64,000 bases of DNA from Isurus oxyrinchus (Eukaryota), in contig JANJGN010000016.1 in the NCBI GenBank assembly GCA_026770705.1, positions 37,510,001-37,574,000 on the forward strand, written 5' to 3'. The notes under the pieces were generated by a model. The model saw only the letters and a list, made by a program, of their open reading frames with translations. It was not told the DNA's origin and searched no databases. The position numbers and the translations under genes were made by a program. Below are positions 28,296-42,237 of this stretch, one piece after another. Numbering within the stretch: position 1 is the stretch's first letter; each line of letters begins with the position of its first letter.

Positions 28296-28770
28296 AGAAT
28301 CACACAGAAACAGAATCACAGTGGAGAAGAGCCCTTCGGCCCATCGAGTCTGCACTGACATGTGAGAAACACCTGACCTACCTACCTACCTAATCCCATT
28401 TACCAGCACTTGGCCCATAGTGTTGTGACATGCCAAGTGCTCATCCAGGTACTTTTTAAAGGCAACCCACCTCCTCCACCTACCCAGGCAGCGCATTCCA
28501 GACCGTCACCACCCTCTGGGTAAAAAAGTTTTTCCTCACATCCCCCCTAAACCTCCTGCCCCTCACCTTGAACTTATGTCCCCTTGTGACTGACCCTTCA
28601 ACTAAGGGGAACAGCTGCTCCCTATCCACCCTGCCTATGCCCCTCATAATCTTCTACACCTCAGGTCACTCCTCAGTCTTCTCTGCTCCAACCTCTCTTC
28701 ATAACTTAAATGTTTCATCACCAGGCAACATCCTGGTGAATCTCCTCTGCACCCTCTCCAAGTGCAATCA
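28296..28770 (-). mobile_element. CR1 LINE 3' end
   Basis: Minus-strand tail GCAGACTCGATGGGCCGAAGGGC; FFTQRVV-type motif. Confidence 0.8.
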
Positions 28771-29654
28771 CATCCAGGTCATTACATAGCTTCCAGGTAG
28801 TTGTGATGTACAAGGTATCTCACTTATATGTGGTAGCTGGAATGGACCCACTAGTAGATTTTTTTTCCCAGCCTGCTGTTTCTCATCTGTCGCACAATTA
28901 AAAAATATATAGCTTAGACTAAAGAAAAATGGGAGGATTTTATGTGGCTGCAAATTCTGATGGAAGTATGACTCTGGAGGTGACCATGCTGTATTTTCCA
29001 GACTCAGTGGCATTTCATAATTTGTGCAGCCTCAATTAGTTGGAAACATGTCTCATTGGGAACCAATCATTTTTGGGGTACAGGAATAGCATGATACCAC
29101 AGCTCCTAAATGGCAGTAGCACCTTAAAGTGGCCTTGGCCCAGAACGCTATTCTGGAAGTAGAATAAAATGTTCTTCAACATGGTGAAAAGAACTGAGAC
29201 AGGGCACAAAGCCTCCAAGTTTACAGATTCTGAAGTGGAACTGTTCTTGCAGGAGGTTATAGGCAGGGCAGAGGCTTTGTGTGTCATTGCATAGGGGCTG
29301 TGGTTAGGTTCATGGCAGTTGCACATAGTGCCAATGTGAAAACCTATTGCACTGCCACTCAATACAGAAAGAATCTTACCATCCTTACCAAGAAAGATAA
29401 CAATACTCAGCAACAGGTTCTTAAGATTGAGATACATTGAGCATTTTTGTCATTTACAATAACCTGCTATCCCTTAGCAGAAATTCTGAAAGAGGAATCC
29501 ATTGTACCTGTTGTTCAATTATGAGAGGGGAATCAATGATTGCCTAAAGCCAAAAGGCTCACAAGGTTAAGCAGTAGTCACCCCAATGAAAAAAAAACAC
29601 CCAAATTTGCTTTTATTCTTCTTCTATGCTGGAATCAACTTGCCCCGTCTGCAC

Positions 29655-29888
29655 TGACCACCACCTGGAAGTTCCCCTTCATTCACTATCCTGATTTAGA
29701 AATATATCACCATTCCTTCACTGCCACTGGAACTCCCTCCCTGATTGCACTGTGGGTGTACCTACACCACATGGACTGGAGCGGTTCCAGAAGGCAGCTC
29801 ACCACCACCTTCTCAAGGGCAATTAGAGATGGGCAATAAATGCTGGCCTGACCAGCGACACCCACATCCCAAGAATGAATAAAAAATA
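29655..29888 (+). mobile_element. LINE 3' end (family of 3580-4180)
   Basis: CACCACCTGGAAGTTCCCC...GGGCAATAAATGCTGGCC...GAATGAATAAAAAA. Confidence 0.8.
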
Positions 29889-30369
29889 ACCACCTGCAAT
29901 GTCTCATTCCATATAAAATCATCTACCCATGTTCACAGCCACACCATCTCCTCTGGCTTCACTATTCCCATCGTCTCAATTACAGACAAGTCCATCTCTG
30001 ATGACGGCTTTGTATTCCTGCATCCAAATACTTTACTCTCCACAACCCTAACCTCATTTTCTTCTGTAACTGCCTTTGGAAAGTAATTATAATTGCACTT
30101 TCAAACTCCCAGCTGACTAGCCTTTGCTCCTTCATGCATCACAATACTTGTGCAGTCACCAATCTGTTCAAACACAACCTCGTCTCCCCCTTGATACCTA
30201 TATCTCAAACAAAATCTTTCATCTCTTCCATTCCAGTTGTCACTTCCTGCAATGGCCCACATCTTGGCTCCATCAAGTCCAGGAGGTGTAAACCTGAGCA
30301 TGTATGACATACATTCATTTGGCCACCAATCAACTGAGCTGGCTGGATCACATCAATAGCTTTTGGGCC

Positions 30370-30620
30370 TTAAAATCTTTCTTCAAAACTGCCCATCCCT
30401 GCAGAATCATACTGGAGAACAAAAATAATCCCTGGTTCTTTTCTCCATGACCAGCCGTCTGCTAAAGCCCCACTCCCTTCCATTCTCACCTCTAACAAAT
30501 GGAAGGAGCTCATGAATTTCTTTGTCACCAGGATTGAGACTGTCCAGTCAGTTGACTCTATTGCTCCTCCTCTTCCTCTAGTTTTGCTCATAACTTCCCT
30601 CATGCCCTCCCTGAGCTCTA
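30370..30620 (+). mobile_element. L2 LINE fragment, interrupted by the CR1 insertion
   Basis: Pyrimidine-rich L2-like sequence (ELMNFFVTRIETV); resumes after 32700. Confidence 0.5.
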
Positions 30621-32575
30621 CAAGACCATAAGACATAGGAGCAGAAATTAGGCCATTCAGCCCATAGAGTCTGCTCCACCATTCAATCATGGCTGATAAG
30701 TTTCTCAACCCCATTCTCCCGCCTTCTCCCCATAATCTTTGATCCCCTTACCAATCAAGAACCTATCTATCTCATTCTTAAATACACTCAATCACCTGGC
30801 CTCCACAGCCTTCTGTGGCAATGAATTCCATAGATTCACCACTCTCTGGCTAAAGAAGTTTCTCCTCATCTCTGTTCTAAAAGGTCTTCCCTTTATTCTG
30901 AGGCTGTGCCCTCGGGTCCTAGTCTCTCCTACTAATGGTAACATCTTCCTCACGTCCACTCTATCCAGGCCTTTCAGTATTCTGTAAGTTTCAATCAGAT
31001 CCCCCCTCATTCTTCTAAACTCCATCGAGTATAGACCCAGAGTCCTCAAACGTTCCTCATATGTTAAGCCTTTCATTCCTGGGATCGTTCTCATGAACCT
31101 CCTCTGGACCCTCTCCAGGGCCAGCACATCCTTTCTGAGACACGGGGCCCAAAATTGCTCACAATATTCTCAATGTGGTCTGACCAGAGCCTTATAAAGC
31201 CTCAGCAGCACATCCCTGCTTTTATATTCTAGTCCTCTCGAAATAAATGCCAACATTGCATTTGCCTTCCCAACTACCAACTCAACCTGCAAGTTAACCT
31301 TAAGAGAATCCTGGACTAGGACTCCCAAGTCCCTTTGCACTCCAGATTTCTGAATTCTCTCCCCATTTAGAAAATAGTCTATACCTCTTCTTCCTACCAA
31401 AGTGCATGACCTCACACTTGCCTACATTGTATTCCATCTGCCACTTCTTTGCCTATTCTCCTAACCTGTCCAAATCCTTCTGCAGCCTCCCCACCTCCTC
31501 AATACTACCTGTTCCTCCACCTATCTTTGTATCATCTGCAAACTTAGCCAGGATGCCCTCAGTTCCTTCATCTGGATCATTAATGTATAAAGTGAAAAAT
31601 TGTGGTCCCAACACTGACCCCTGCGGAACTCCACTAGTCACCGGCCGCCATCCTGAGAAGGACTCACTTATCCCCACTCTCTGCCTCCTGACAGATAGCC
31701 AATCTTCTATCCATGCTAGTACCTTGCCTCTAACACCATGGGCTCTTAGCTTACTGAGCAGCCTCCTGTGTGGCACCTTGTCAAAGGCTTTCTGGAAGTC
31801 CAAGTAGATAACATGCATTGGCTCTCCTTTGTCTAACCTACTTGTTACCTCCTCAAAGAATTCTAACAGATTTGTCAGGCATGACCTCCCCTTGATGAAA
31901 CCATGCTGACTTTGCCCTATTTTACCATGCACTTCCAAGTATTCTGAAAATCATCCTTAATAATGGACTCTAAAATCTTACCAACGACCGAGGTCAGGCT
32001 AATCGGCCTGTAATTTCCCGTCTTTTGCCTCACTCCCTTTTTAAACAGGGCGGTTACATTAGCGATTTTCCAGTCCTCTGGAACCTTCCCTGACTCCAGT
32101 GATTCCTGAAAAATCACTACTAACGCCACCACTATCTCTTTAGCTATCTCCTTCAGAACACTGGGTGTAATCCAACTGGTCCAGGTGATTTATCCACTGT
32201 CAGACCTTTCAGTTTTCCTAGCACCTTCTCTTTGGTAATGGCCACCATACTCACCTCTGCCCCCTCCGACTCTCGAACTTTGGGGATGTTACTTGTGTCT
32301 TCCACTGTGAAGTCTGACGCAAAGTTCCTATTCAGTTGCTCCGCCATTTCTTTGTTCCACATTACTACTTCTCCAGCATCATTTTCCAGTGGCCCAATGT
32401 CCACTTTTGCCTCTCTCTTACCCTTTATATATCTAAAAAAATTCTTGCAATCTTCTTTTATATTACTGGCTCATTTACCCTCATATTTAATCTTCTCCCT
32501 CCTTATTTCTTTTTTAGTTGTCCTCTGTTGGTCTTTGTAGGCTTCCCAATCCCCTGGTTTCCCACTGCTCTTCTC
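30621..32575 (-). mobile_element. Young CR1 (HER1-like) LINE, ~2 kb, 5'-truncated
   Basis: Consecutive minus ORFs with [74 protein letters not shown]; tail ...CTGCTCCTATGTCTTATGGTCT. Confidence 0.96.
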
Positions 32576-32700
32576 TGCACTTGTGCATAAGATCCAACTC
32601 CAGGTGCCCACTCGATTCCCACTAAAATGCTGACCTTTAAACTTCCATACTAACTGACATTTTCATTTAAATAGTTTCCTCTTCTCAGCTACTATCCCAA

Positions 32701-33290
32701 TTGGCTGTCATTACTCCTCCTCAAAACATCAATTTTTATACTTCGGTCCTTGTAAGCCACCACCCCAGTCCAACCTCCTTTCCTTTTCATAATCCACAAT
32801 GTTGTCACCTAAGTCTGTGCTGATCTTTTGAATCTTGCCAGTCAAGTTCTAATCAAAATCACAAATAACATCCTTTGATTATGATTGTGTTGCATTATCC
32901 CGTACAACCTCTCTAACCTTTCATAAGGTTGACCATACCATCCTCTTCCAATGCCTCTCATTGGCTTTTGGTTCTTCAGCTCAGCGAGACTGTCCTTGCT
33001 TGGTACCATTCTTACTTACTTGACCATTACCAGAGCATCTGAAGCAATGCTTCTGTTCCCTTCTTTGCAGTGTTATCTCTGGAGTCTCCCAGGATCTATC
33101 CTTGGCTCCTCCTCATTTTATATGTTGCCTCTTGACACACATGGATGAACTACCATATGAACACAGATGACACCCAGTTAAATATTTGGAGGACCAAAGC
33201 TACTGACTTCAGTTCCTGTCAGAACTTTGTACCACTGCCATCAATTCCATCCTTCTTCTGGCCACCATATTAGGCCAAATCAGACCGTTC
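32701..33290 (+). mobile_element. L2 LINE RT fragment (degenerate)
   Basis: GGAGTCTCCCAGGATCTATCCTTGGC (GV.QGSILG) and ACAGATGACACCCAG (DDTQ). Confidence 0.65.
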
Positions 33291-34699
33291 TCCCTCTCTC
33301 ACTCAGTTTAGTATACATTTGAAAAAAAAAATATAATCATACAAGAACAAGGTCGATTTTTTTTTCTGACAGACATACACACACAGAGCTCTGGACAAAA
33401 ATAACAAATTCAAGCCCAACCTTTGAAAGAGTTTGAGGACTTCAAAGGAAAACTCTAATAAAGGCATTAATAGGCATAAAAGATAATTCAGTGGATGAAG
33501 ATGTTATTGCAAAGTATTAATTTGTTTGAATTTAATTCTTCTGAAGCCCCTTTTTTGGGCTCTTTAAAAAAATCAGTTATTGAGACAGAAAAAGTGGTTG
33601 AAGAAAATTCACAAAGTGCTTTGATTGATTTGTTGCAATCTGGGGTGAGGGCAGACTACACATTCACTCTCAAAAACGAGTAACTATTGTGTCATACAGC
33701 ATAAGCCCTATAACATGCCCGTAACAAATTTCGAGAACAATAGAGACTTATGAGTTTTCAATGAAACAGCTACCTGATGCACCAAATTTAATATACAATA
33801 TAGATAAAAAATGTGATCTAGAAATCATTTTAAAGCCCCCAATTAGAAGTCGCAGTAACTGCTTTTTGCACGAGACTTTATTGAACAATCTTTGAGAATA
33901 TTTTTTCTATTATTGATTTGAAAAAGTAATGGTGTAGTGTGTGAATTAATGCCAACTTTAGTCATTATTGAACTAGAACAATCTGTTAATTTCCTGCCAT
34001 GTAACCCAATTGACAGGATCCAACTGCATATACATAAAGGGGAAAAGTGGATGCCTTGAGAGAAAAGAATAGTAAAATTTCAGTATCATGGAACTGCTCT
34101 CTTCCACACTTTCTAACAACTAGTTACAAAGCAGCATTGATAAAGATTTTAGAACAGATGTCAGTACAAGTGCTTAGACAGTGGGCAGAATGTGAAATAT
34201 GTAAATTAAAGAGGTAAAATATTAAATCAATCTTTTAAGGAATGGATAAATATGTATTCAGTGTCAATGGAGCCCTACAGAATTTAGTGCTCACTGCTGA
34301 ATATCTTACCCTACCATTTTTTCCTTCTCTGACATTGCAAATATATTGGAATGAATACATGCTGTATTGGTTTAGCTATATATCAAAAATACTACTAGTT
34401 GTTGGTTTTAAAATCGTGTCAGGTGACACCAAATCTCTGATCTCCATTGAGATGAGGTTCATTAATCCTCACACATTTCACATCTTGGACATTTCACTTG
34501 CAAGTACCACAAATGTGAAATACACACATATATAAGCATGATCTCGGCTCCTTGATCAAGTAGTTTTGAAGAAATCTCTGTCTAGGTTAATGGGTAAATA
34601 TTAAGGTGTGGAATGATATGGATTAACAAACTGTAAACCATTGGCTAATGGAAAATTGGTGTCTGTTGACACTATTCCCCCATTAACCTTAAAATGAAA

Positions 34700-34912
34700 G
34701 GAAAATACTGCGGAAGCTAGAAGTCCAAAATAAAAACAGAAACTGCTGGAAAAACTCAGCAGGTCTGGCAGCATCTGTGGGGAGAGAAACAGAGTTAATG
34801 CTCGAGGCCATATGACTTCTTCAGAGTCGTACAGAATTGAAATGCCAGATCCCTTTCTCTCTCCACAGATGCTGTCAGAGCTGCTGCGTTTTTCCAGCAC
34901 TTTCTTTGTTTA
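34700..34912. mobile_element. Degenerate foldback Penelope-derived element
   Basis: GCTGGAAAAACTCAGCAGGTCTGGCAGCATCTGTGG ... CCACAGATGCTGTCAGAGCTGCTGCGTTTTTCCAGC form inverted arms. Confidence 0.75.
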
Positions 34913-37900
34913 TCCTGCATTAACCCCTCCTATGCCATGCCCTTATACTACAGAAAAGTCCAAGCTAATCTTGAGTTGAATACAGCATCAGTTTTTAAAC
35001 ACTATAACATGCACATTTTTAAAATACTAAAGCTGCCAGTTAGTATGCAATTTTTAAAAATAAACTATTTAAAGTATATTTACTGTAGTGGGTTATATCA
35101 TCAAACATTGGATAGCCTTCCTGCAGAATTTATATGTTAATGCTGGAGAATTGTTTTGCATTTTTGCAGAAATTGGCCTTGAGATGCTATTGAATTCTGG
35201 GAACACAGATGAACTTTTTAATCAGTTTCTTCTAAGTCAAGTTAACCTTGATTGCCATCTACTGGCTTTCAGGGGAATTACACATTTATTCCTTCACAGT
35301 ACAAATGGAAACAGACAATTTACTCAGGCCTTATTTGAAGTGTACCTAATGGCGCCAACTCTGGAAACCATACACCCTATAACCCAGAAACTGCAACAGA
35401 TTAATGTCAAACTCTATACATGTACAATGCACTATCACAGATGGTTCTGCACAACTCAGGTATGCTAAATCACATACTTGTACTGTATGATAGTCCTGTG
35501 AGTAAAAGACTATTCAATAAATATTTTACATTCAAGTGTTATCTGCATAATTTATTCATCTGTGGGAATTAAAGTCAATTGCACTCAGTTCCCAACACTG
35601 CTTTACTTAATACTTAAAAATGATGTATTTTACTAACTAGCCTCAGCTGGTATTTCTATGAACATGTCTCATTGACACTTCTTGTATAAATGTTTTCAAT
35701 CCGTTTGTGAGGGAGCAGGAGCAGAGAGTCCATATTAATACAGGTTAATAGGAAAGCCACTTGCCTAAATGGATTATATTTATATCTATTAATTTGCAGA
35801 ATACTGAAATTCGGGTCCTACAGAAATCCACTTTCTCCATGGGTGAATTCCATTTATCCAGCAACTTCTGGGCTTTGCTGTATTCTCCACCTTTGCTACT
35901 ACTGAGTCTATATTGTCTGCTAAATCATTTCTATTCCAGTCACTTGTGTGGGCTGCTTTTCTGCTACTCCACTGAGAGTTTTCACTTTATTACTGATCCG
36001 TTCCTGCTGGTTTCCAATCTGCTCTAGATGATTCCTGAGCTGCTGAATGATCCCTGCTTCGCTGCCATCTGCTTGCTTTGCATGGCCAAAATTCTTCAGA
36101 ACCCCTCCATCACCTTTTTCTGGGCTGGGTTGAACCAGCTCCTCACATTCTTGCTTCTCCTAGTCTTGTGCAGTCTTCACTTTTCACAGCTGTACATATG
36201 ACCAACTGCTACACCTGCACTAGTCCCATTCATTCACCTTTCATCCTCCTCAGCTCTCTGCACTTTATTTCTTTTGCTCCTCGGATTTCACTTCTCCTGC
36301 TCCATACTGCTCTGCTGACATAGCAGGTCTGTACACTAGAGGTCACTGTGCACTTACTCTGGACCCATGGATCCACCTCTACTTCCTCATGGTTGACTCT
36401 CCACTCCTATTTGAACAACCTCTAGCCAAGCACCCACTGATACTTGCACCTCAATCAATTCCCAGATAAATTTCCTTTCCTGAACTATTTCCAAACCTGG
36501 GCATTGCTTTGTGGATACCCCAAGCTGATTCCACCTCAGCTGCAAGTCAGCTTTAACCCATCACAGGACACCAGACTTTAACTTTGGGCTCTTTCATATT
36601 AACTCCTCCCTGCCCTTGGTTCAGGACCACAACATTGTTTCTGCTAATCTCTGCCTCACGTACGTATCCTAAAATTTCCCTGTGTCTATTTGCATTCTCG
36701 TTAGTGGCAAGTGAGAGCTGAATCATTTTGTGGCCTGGTTCCCATTAGTGCTCCGAGCAGGGGCCTCGCCACAATTTGTTGGCTCTGCGAGGGTGGAAAA
36801 AGTGCTGTGCTCCCACATTGAGCTAGCCAGCAGGCTAGGCCTGGGAGAGATGAGGTGATCTGGCAGGGTGCAGCAGGGTGGTGGCCTTGCATGGGCTGGC
36901 ACAGGGCTGTTGCTTGTGACCCAGGAAAAAGAGGAGTGCTCCTCCTGGGCTGGCCTAAGCAAAACAGAAGCCTCTTGGGCTGTTTTCTGACAGTATTCCA
37001 GTTTTTCAGAACAATTGATTAGTCTGCTCAATGCCTGGTAGAACTAGATGAAGCATAACACACATTGCACCCATTTGAAGGAGGGGTAGAAAAAATAGGA
37101 GGAGAAAACATGTAACCTGAAGAGGATGGTAGAAGGCTTTTCCTTTATGCCTGTCCAGCTTATCTACTTAATTCAAGAGTTTGTACTGTGCTAAAATGCA
37201 ATTTTATATTGAAAATTGCAACAAGCAACTGACATACAAAGCTGATTTGCTATTTAATGGCCTGTTTCAGTTGGATAACTTTTTCACCCATTTACAGGTC
37301 CACCCAGAAATTACACCTTTCGGCCCTTGGTCATCAGTGGTGTTGCCAGGGTGTGCTCTGCACGGTTTCAATCTCTGGCCTGAAGTTTTTCGGGTAAAAA
37401 ATGGGCAGCTTGCGAATGAAAGTGACCCCCTTCTATTTTAATGAGGCAGGCAGGTGACAGGAAAAGGCTGCACCAAAGAGAAAGAGTAACTAAAGAGGTA
37501 CCACAGTCCATAGACCAGGCCAATCCCTCAGGCATATCTCCGTAAGGAAGCAAGAGTTCAGTAAAGAAACCTGGAAATAACTCTTGTTTCTCATTAAAAA
37601 CTGTCCATAAACATCCTCTCAAACACAAATTGTAAAGAACACCATATTTCAGAACACTGGATTTCATATCAGAAATTAGTTATATTGTTAACTTTTTATT
37701 CCTACCCCACTCTTGTAGCTCCTATCCAGGTTTTGCTCCTGAAGGTTAGTGTTGCTTCACTGTGCCATGGCCCGCAACTTAGGGAATTCTGAGTTCTGGG
37801 AAGACTGCATCACCATGGCAAATGCATTTGTACCCTGCTACCTACATGACTAGGCAGCTAAAAAATCATGAGAAATATCGACAGGCGAGAACACAACATC

Positions 37901-39192
37901 GTGATGGTGGGTTCCAGTTAGACGACTTTTGCTAGGTCATTGCTGCATCAGATTTCTTTGTCTTCTCCAGGTATACAGAAATATATAGGTGCGGAAATGA
38001 TCAGGAATTGCACTATATACAGGAGAAAAATATATTTCTGTCTGTTGAAATCCAAACATAATTAAATTCCCATCAATTAATGGAACAATCCACTTAGCTA
38101 TCTGGTTAAAAGACACTTTTGGTTTAAAAGCCTTGGTTGTAATTAAAAATCAAATATACCACTTAAAAATAAAGACAGGGGTACTAAAGTAGGCTCAAAC
38201 ATAATTGATACAGCTATAAAATTAAATATGTTTATATTGTTATTATTGTATGATTAGGATATTGAACAGAAAGCCAATTGTGTATTCAATAACTTTCCAC
38301 TTAATGCCATTCTAAATATATTGAATAAAAGCTAAGATTATGTGAGCCTTGCACGTGTGTTGTGTGTTGTAAACTGAGTGATTTGTGTACCCACTGACAC
38401 TGTAACAAATAAACTGGTATTTTACATTTTATCCCCAATAGGGTGCTCAAATGTTCTTCCCTACAATGTTGGTGACAATCTGTGATTTATGAACACTCCA
38501 TGAGTGGTTACTTCATTTCTAGTAGATTTGCAACAGAAATAACAATGTATTAGTTTTAAGTCACCTCCTGGTCTAATTGATATTGTGCTGTGAATTTGCC
38601 ACACACGCGTGATGGCGTGGATTGAGCATCGGCTGCAGCACTGAAATGACTGCACTCAAATGACATGTATGCACTCAAGTAATTCAAAAGATGTGAGGTT
38701 GATTTTAAGCTTTGGCGACGGTGGGCGTCAAAACTACTCTGGCGAGCTTTGCTACTGGGGGCCCTTTAGAAACCCAGTCAGTCAGATATGTCTTAATGTC
38801 TCTGTAGGTGCAGCTGTATGACCTGATTTGTGTTATTTGGAGTGACTGCCACACAAGCAGCTCCTGGGTAGGTACTGACCAAAATATGAGCTGGTCAATA
38901 AGGAGGAATGCCTATTGGAGTAATCCTGTTTCTGCAAGCAGGGTCACAAAGAGTAAGCAATGATTAATTATTTAGGCAACCAAATTGGATTTTGTGAGAA
39001 ATCTGTTGATATATTTATTATACTCAGGTGGCAATTTATTTTGAGGAATTGGGAATTTATTTCTTCCAGGCAGCGATTTAAGTATTTATTTGTTTGGGTC
39101 AATTGATCATTCATTTGTTTCAAGCAATGAATTATTTATAAATGTCAATCGATTTGTTTAATCATTTATTTAAGTCAGTGAAATGATTATTT

Positions 39193-39435
39193 ACTTGAGG
39201 CTTGTCAGTGGTAAAGTTCAAGGGCTATGAAACTCCTTCAAAGATTTCTGTGTCTAACTGTAGCATTTGTTCAGTAACTTATTTATTGACCAACCATTGC
39301 CAAACTGAAATGAAAGTAAAAATTACCAGGAAGACTCAGCAGGGCAGCCAGCATATGTAGAGATGGCAGGCAAGTTAATAATATTTCAGGTGGGGGTCTT
39401 TTGTCAGAACTGGAAGATATTACTGATAAACATCT
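39193..39435 (+). repeat. Local duplication, copy A (~240 bp)
   Basis: Closely similar to 41997-42237. Confidence 0.9.
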
Positions 39436-39621
39436 AAAAAAGAAACAGAATAAAGGGAAGAAGCAGACTGAGGAGAAAGAGGAACATACAGAAAACCAAA
39501 AAATTGGAAAGCCCTTGCAAGAGATTTCCTCTTCTCAAACACATTGAAAAACTTCTCATCATTCCTTCTGAAAAAAAATCCTCTAACCCTCTGTACTTGG
39601 AAATGATAACCCTATGTGTAG

Positions 39622-40180
39622 TCTAAAGCTATACAAGGCACTAGTTAGACCACACTTGAATACTGTGAACAGTATCTAAGGAGATATATACAAGGCATTG
39701 GAGGTGGTCCAGGGAATGTTCACCAGGTTGATCCCGGGTATGGAGGGATTTTCTTATGAAGAGAGGTTGAGCAGGTTAGGCCTGTACTCATTGACGTTTA
39801 GAAGAATGAGGGGTGACCTTATTGAAACATATAAGATTCTTAGGGGGCTTGACAGTGTAGATGCTGAGTGGTTGTTGTGGGAGAGTCTAGGACCAGAGGT
39901 CATAATCTTAGAGTAAGGGAGTGCCCATTTAAGACAGAGATGAGGAGGAATTTCTTCTCTGATGGTAGTGAATCTGTGGAATTCTTTACCACAGTTGGCT
40001 GTAGAAGCTGTGTCGTTAAGCATATTCAAGGTGGAGGCAGACAGATTTTTAATCAGTAAGGGAATCAAGGGTTATGGGGAAAAGGCAGGAAAGTGGAATT
40101 GAGGATTATCAGATCAACCATAATCTCATTGAATGTCAGAGCAGACTCGATGGGCCGAATGGTCTCCTACGTCTTATGGC
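39622..40180 (+). mobile_element. CR1 (HER1-like) LINE 3' end
   Basis: LYKALVRPHLEY, RRMRGDLIETYKILRGLD; tail GCAGACTCGATGGGCCGAATGG. Confidence 0.9.
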
Positions 40181-40399
40181 CTTGCTCTCCTTTCTTAAGT
40201 CCATTAATGTGTTGTCCCAAATCCACGCCCATTTTTCTCATAACATATACAATGGTGAACGTCTGCCCTTTCAGGTCCATGTAAAAGCATTAGAATCATA
40301 TCTCTCCAGGCTGAATTTTTCTTTAATGAAATGGAAGCACTTGGCATTATCTGTATATTTGGATGCTGTCCTGGGATTTTTTTTTTTAAAAAGGTCCTA

Positions 40400-41208
40400 A
40401 GTTCACCTTGGAACTGTCAACAAGCAGGCCTCTTCCAAGAAATCACCTGATCTATTTGATACTTGAGGAAGACCTGATTGTTTGTTTTGAACAGCTAACA
40501 CTTTAATTGATGAGGAAAAAAACTGAAAAGGCCAAAGTTGGTAACTTGCTGGAAATCACATGGGAGAGAGAGAAAAAAAACTTAAATTGTGAACCTGCTG
40601 GTTTTGAAGGCAGACTTGTTGGGCAACAAGTTGGGGAAGGAAATCTACCCTATCTGGCTCTCTCTCTCTCTACTTTGCCTGCAATTGTGTGTAGTAGCCA
40701 GAGAACCCTCAACTGAGTGTAACTGGGCTGCATATGGACTTGCAAAGCTAAGACCAGTTGGTGAGAACTTCCAGACATCCACCAAGATCAAGTCTTCATA
40801 TGAGGGAACTCCAGGTTGACAGTGTTCGAGAACCAGCGATCTTTATCCTTTATTTTAAGACATCGATCCTCTAAATCCCATCTCTGCAGAGAGACTCTTA
40901 TCTGGTTGCTCTTTGTTTGTCTGTGTGTATCAGTGTGTGTGCTGGGGAAATTCTTTAGGAAGAGACAGATAGATAATTATGTGTTAACTAGTACTTGCAA
41001 CTTGTTAAAAAGAAGTTTTATTTCATAATAAACAGTTGTTCTGAGTTTATTGAAAAAGTGTGGTTGAAGATTCTTTTATTCTGGGCACCAGTAGGGAAAA
41101 TAGACAATTGGCTATTTTGGTGAGAAAATCAAACTTTTTAATTAATGGCATGGCCTGCAGAGTAGTGGAGCTGGATCACACACTCACTCCTCCTATCCCG
41201 GTCATAAC
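40400..41208 (+). mobile_element. Putative solo LTR
   Basis: AATAAA at ~41026 and 3' end ...GGTCATAACA; same terminal motif as the reverse complement at 49782. Left boundary uncertain. Confidence 0.45.
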
Positions 41209-41209
41209 A

Positions 41210-41475
41210 AAAGATCCCATGGCACTATATTGAATAAGGGCGGAGAGTCATTCCCGGTGTCCTGGCCCAGACCTATCCTTCAAGCAACATCATGAAAACT
41301 AGATTATCTAGTCATTATCACATTGCTGTTTATAAGAACTTGTTGTGTGCAAAATTGGCTGCCATGTTTTCTACATTACAACAGTGATTACACTTCAAAG
41401 TACTCCATTGGCTGTAAAATGCTTTGCAATCTCCAGTTGTCATGAAAAGCACTATACACATGCAAATCTTTCTTT
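41210..41475 (+). mobile_element. Deu-domain SINE 3' part
   Basis: AAAGATCCCATGGCACTA...ATTATCACATTGCTGTTT...TTGGCTGTAAAATGCTTTG...ATGCAAATCTTTC (AmnSINE1/SacSINE1-like). Confidence 0.75.
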
Positions 41476-41996
41476 ATTTTAAAATATGTTCGAATCTCTC
41501 TAATCAGGCTTCTATTCCTGCCACTGTGGCAGAACAGTTACAAATGAGATCCTCCCAAGATTTAGGGTAGTGTATCTGCTAGAGGATGGTTTTTATTTTT
41601 GATTAAATGTTTTATGTGCTCCTCAAGTCAATAAGGTTCTTACATGTGGAAATCAGCATTCATGGTTTATTAAGCATACAGTACACGCAATAGCATTTAA
41701 CAGCTAGTACTTACAACTGCGCCAGGGGACTCAAACTGTTTACAGCTTCAATCTCAGTGTACAGGTTGACTGGACTTCTATTGACTCCAAGACATTGATA
41801 CTAAAGTGCAACATATTACACGTTTCTCTCACCGCTTCTATGTGACAATCATATGTTTCTGCATTGTATGATGATTATACAAAGTTCATTTCAGGAGAAT
41901 TTAATTGAACGTGTCCCTTATCAATAACTTTTAGCAATAACCTAATTTCTTTACTTAACAAGCTGTTATTAGAGCGTGGTGTAGAGAAGCCTTTAA

Positions 41997-42237
41997 ACTT
42001 GAGGCTTGTCAGTGGTAAAGCTCAAGGGCTATGAAATTCCTTCAAAGATTTCTGTATCAAACTGTGGCATTTGCTCAGCAACTTATTTATTGACCAACCA
42101 TTGCCAAGCTGAAATGAAAGTAAAAATTACCAGAAAGACTCAGCAGGGCAGCCAGCATATGTAGAGATGGGAAGCAAGTTAATAATATTTCAGGTGGGGA
42201 TCCTTTGTCAGAGGTGGAAGATATTATCGATGAACAT
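41997..42237 (+). repeat. Local duplication, copy B (~240 bp)
   Basis: Closely similar to 39193-39435. Confidence 0.9.

Noticed and set aside
39193-42237. Paired LTRs of a single retroelement
   Set aside because: No TG..CA ends, primer-binding site or internal gag/pol; the interior is a mix of unrelated repeats.
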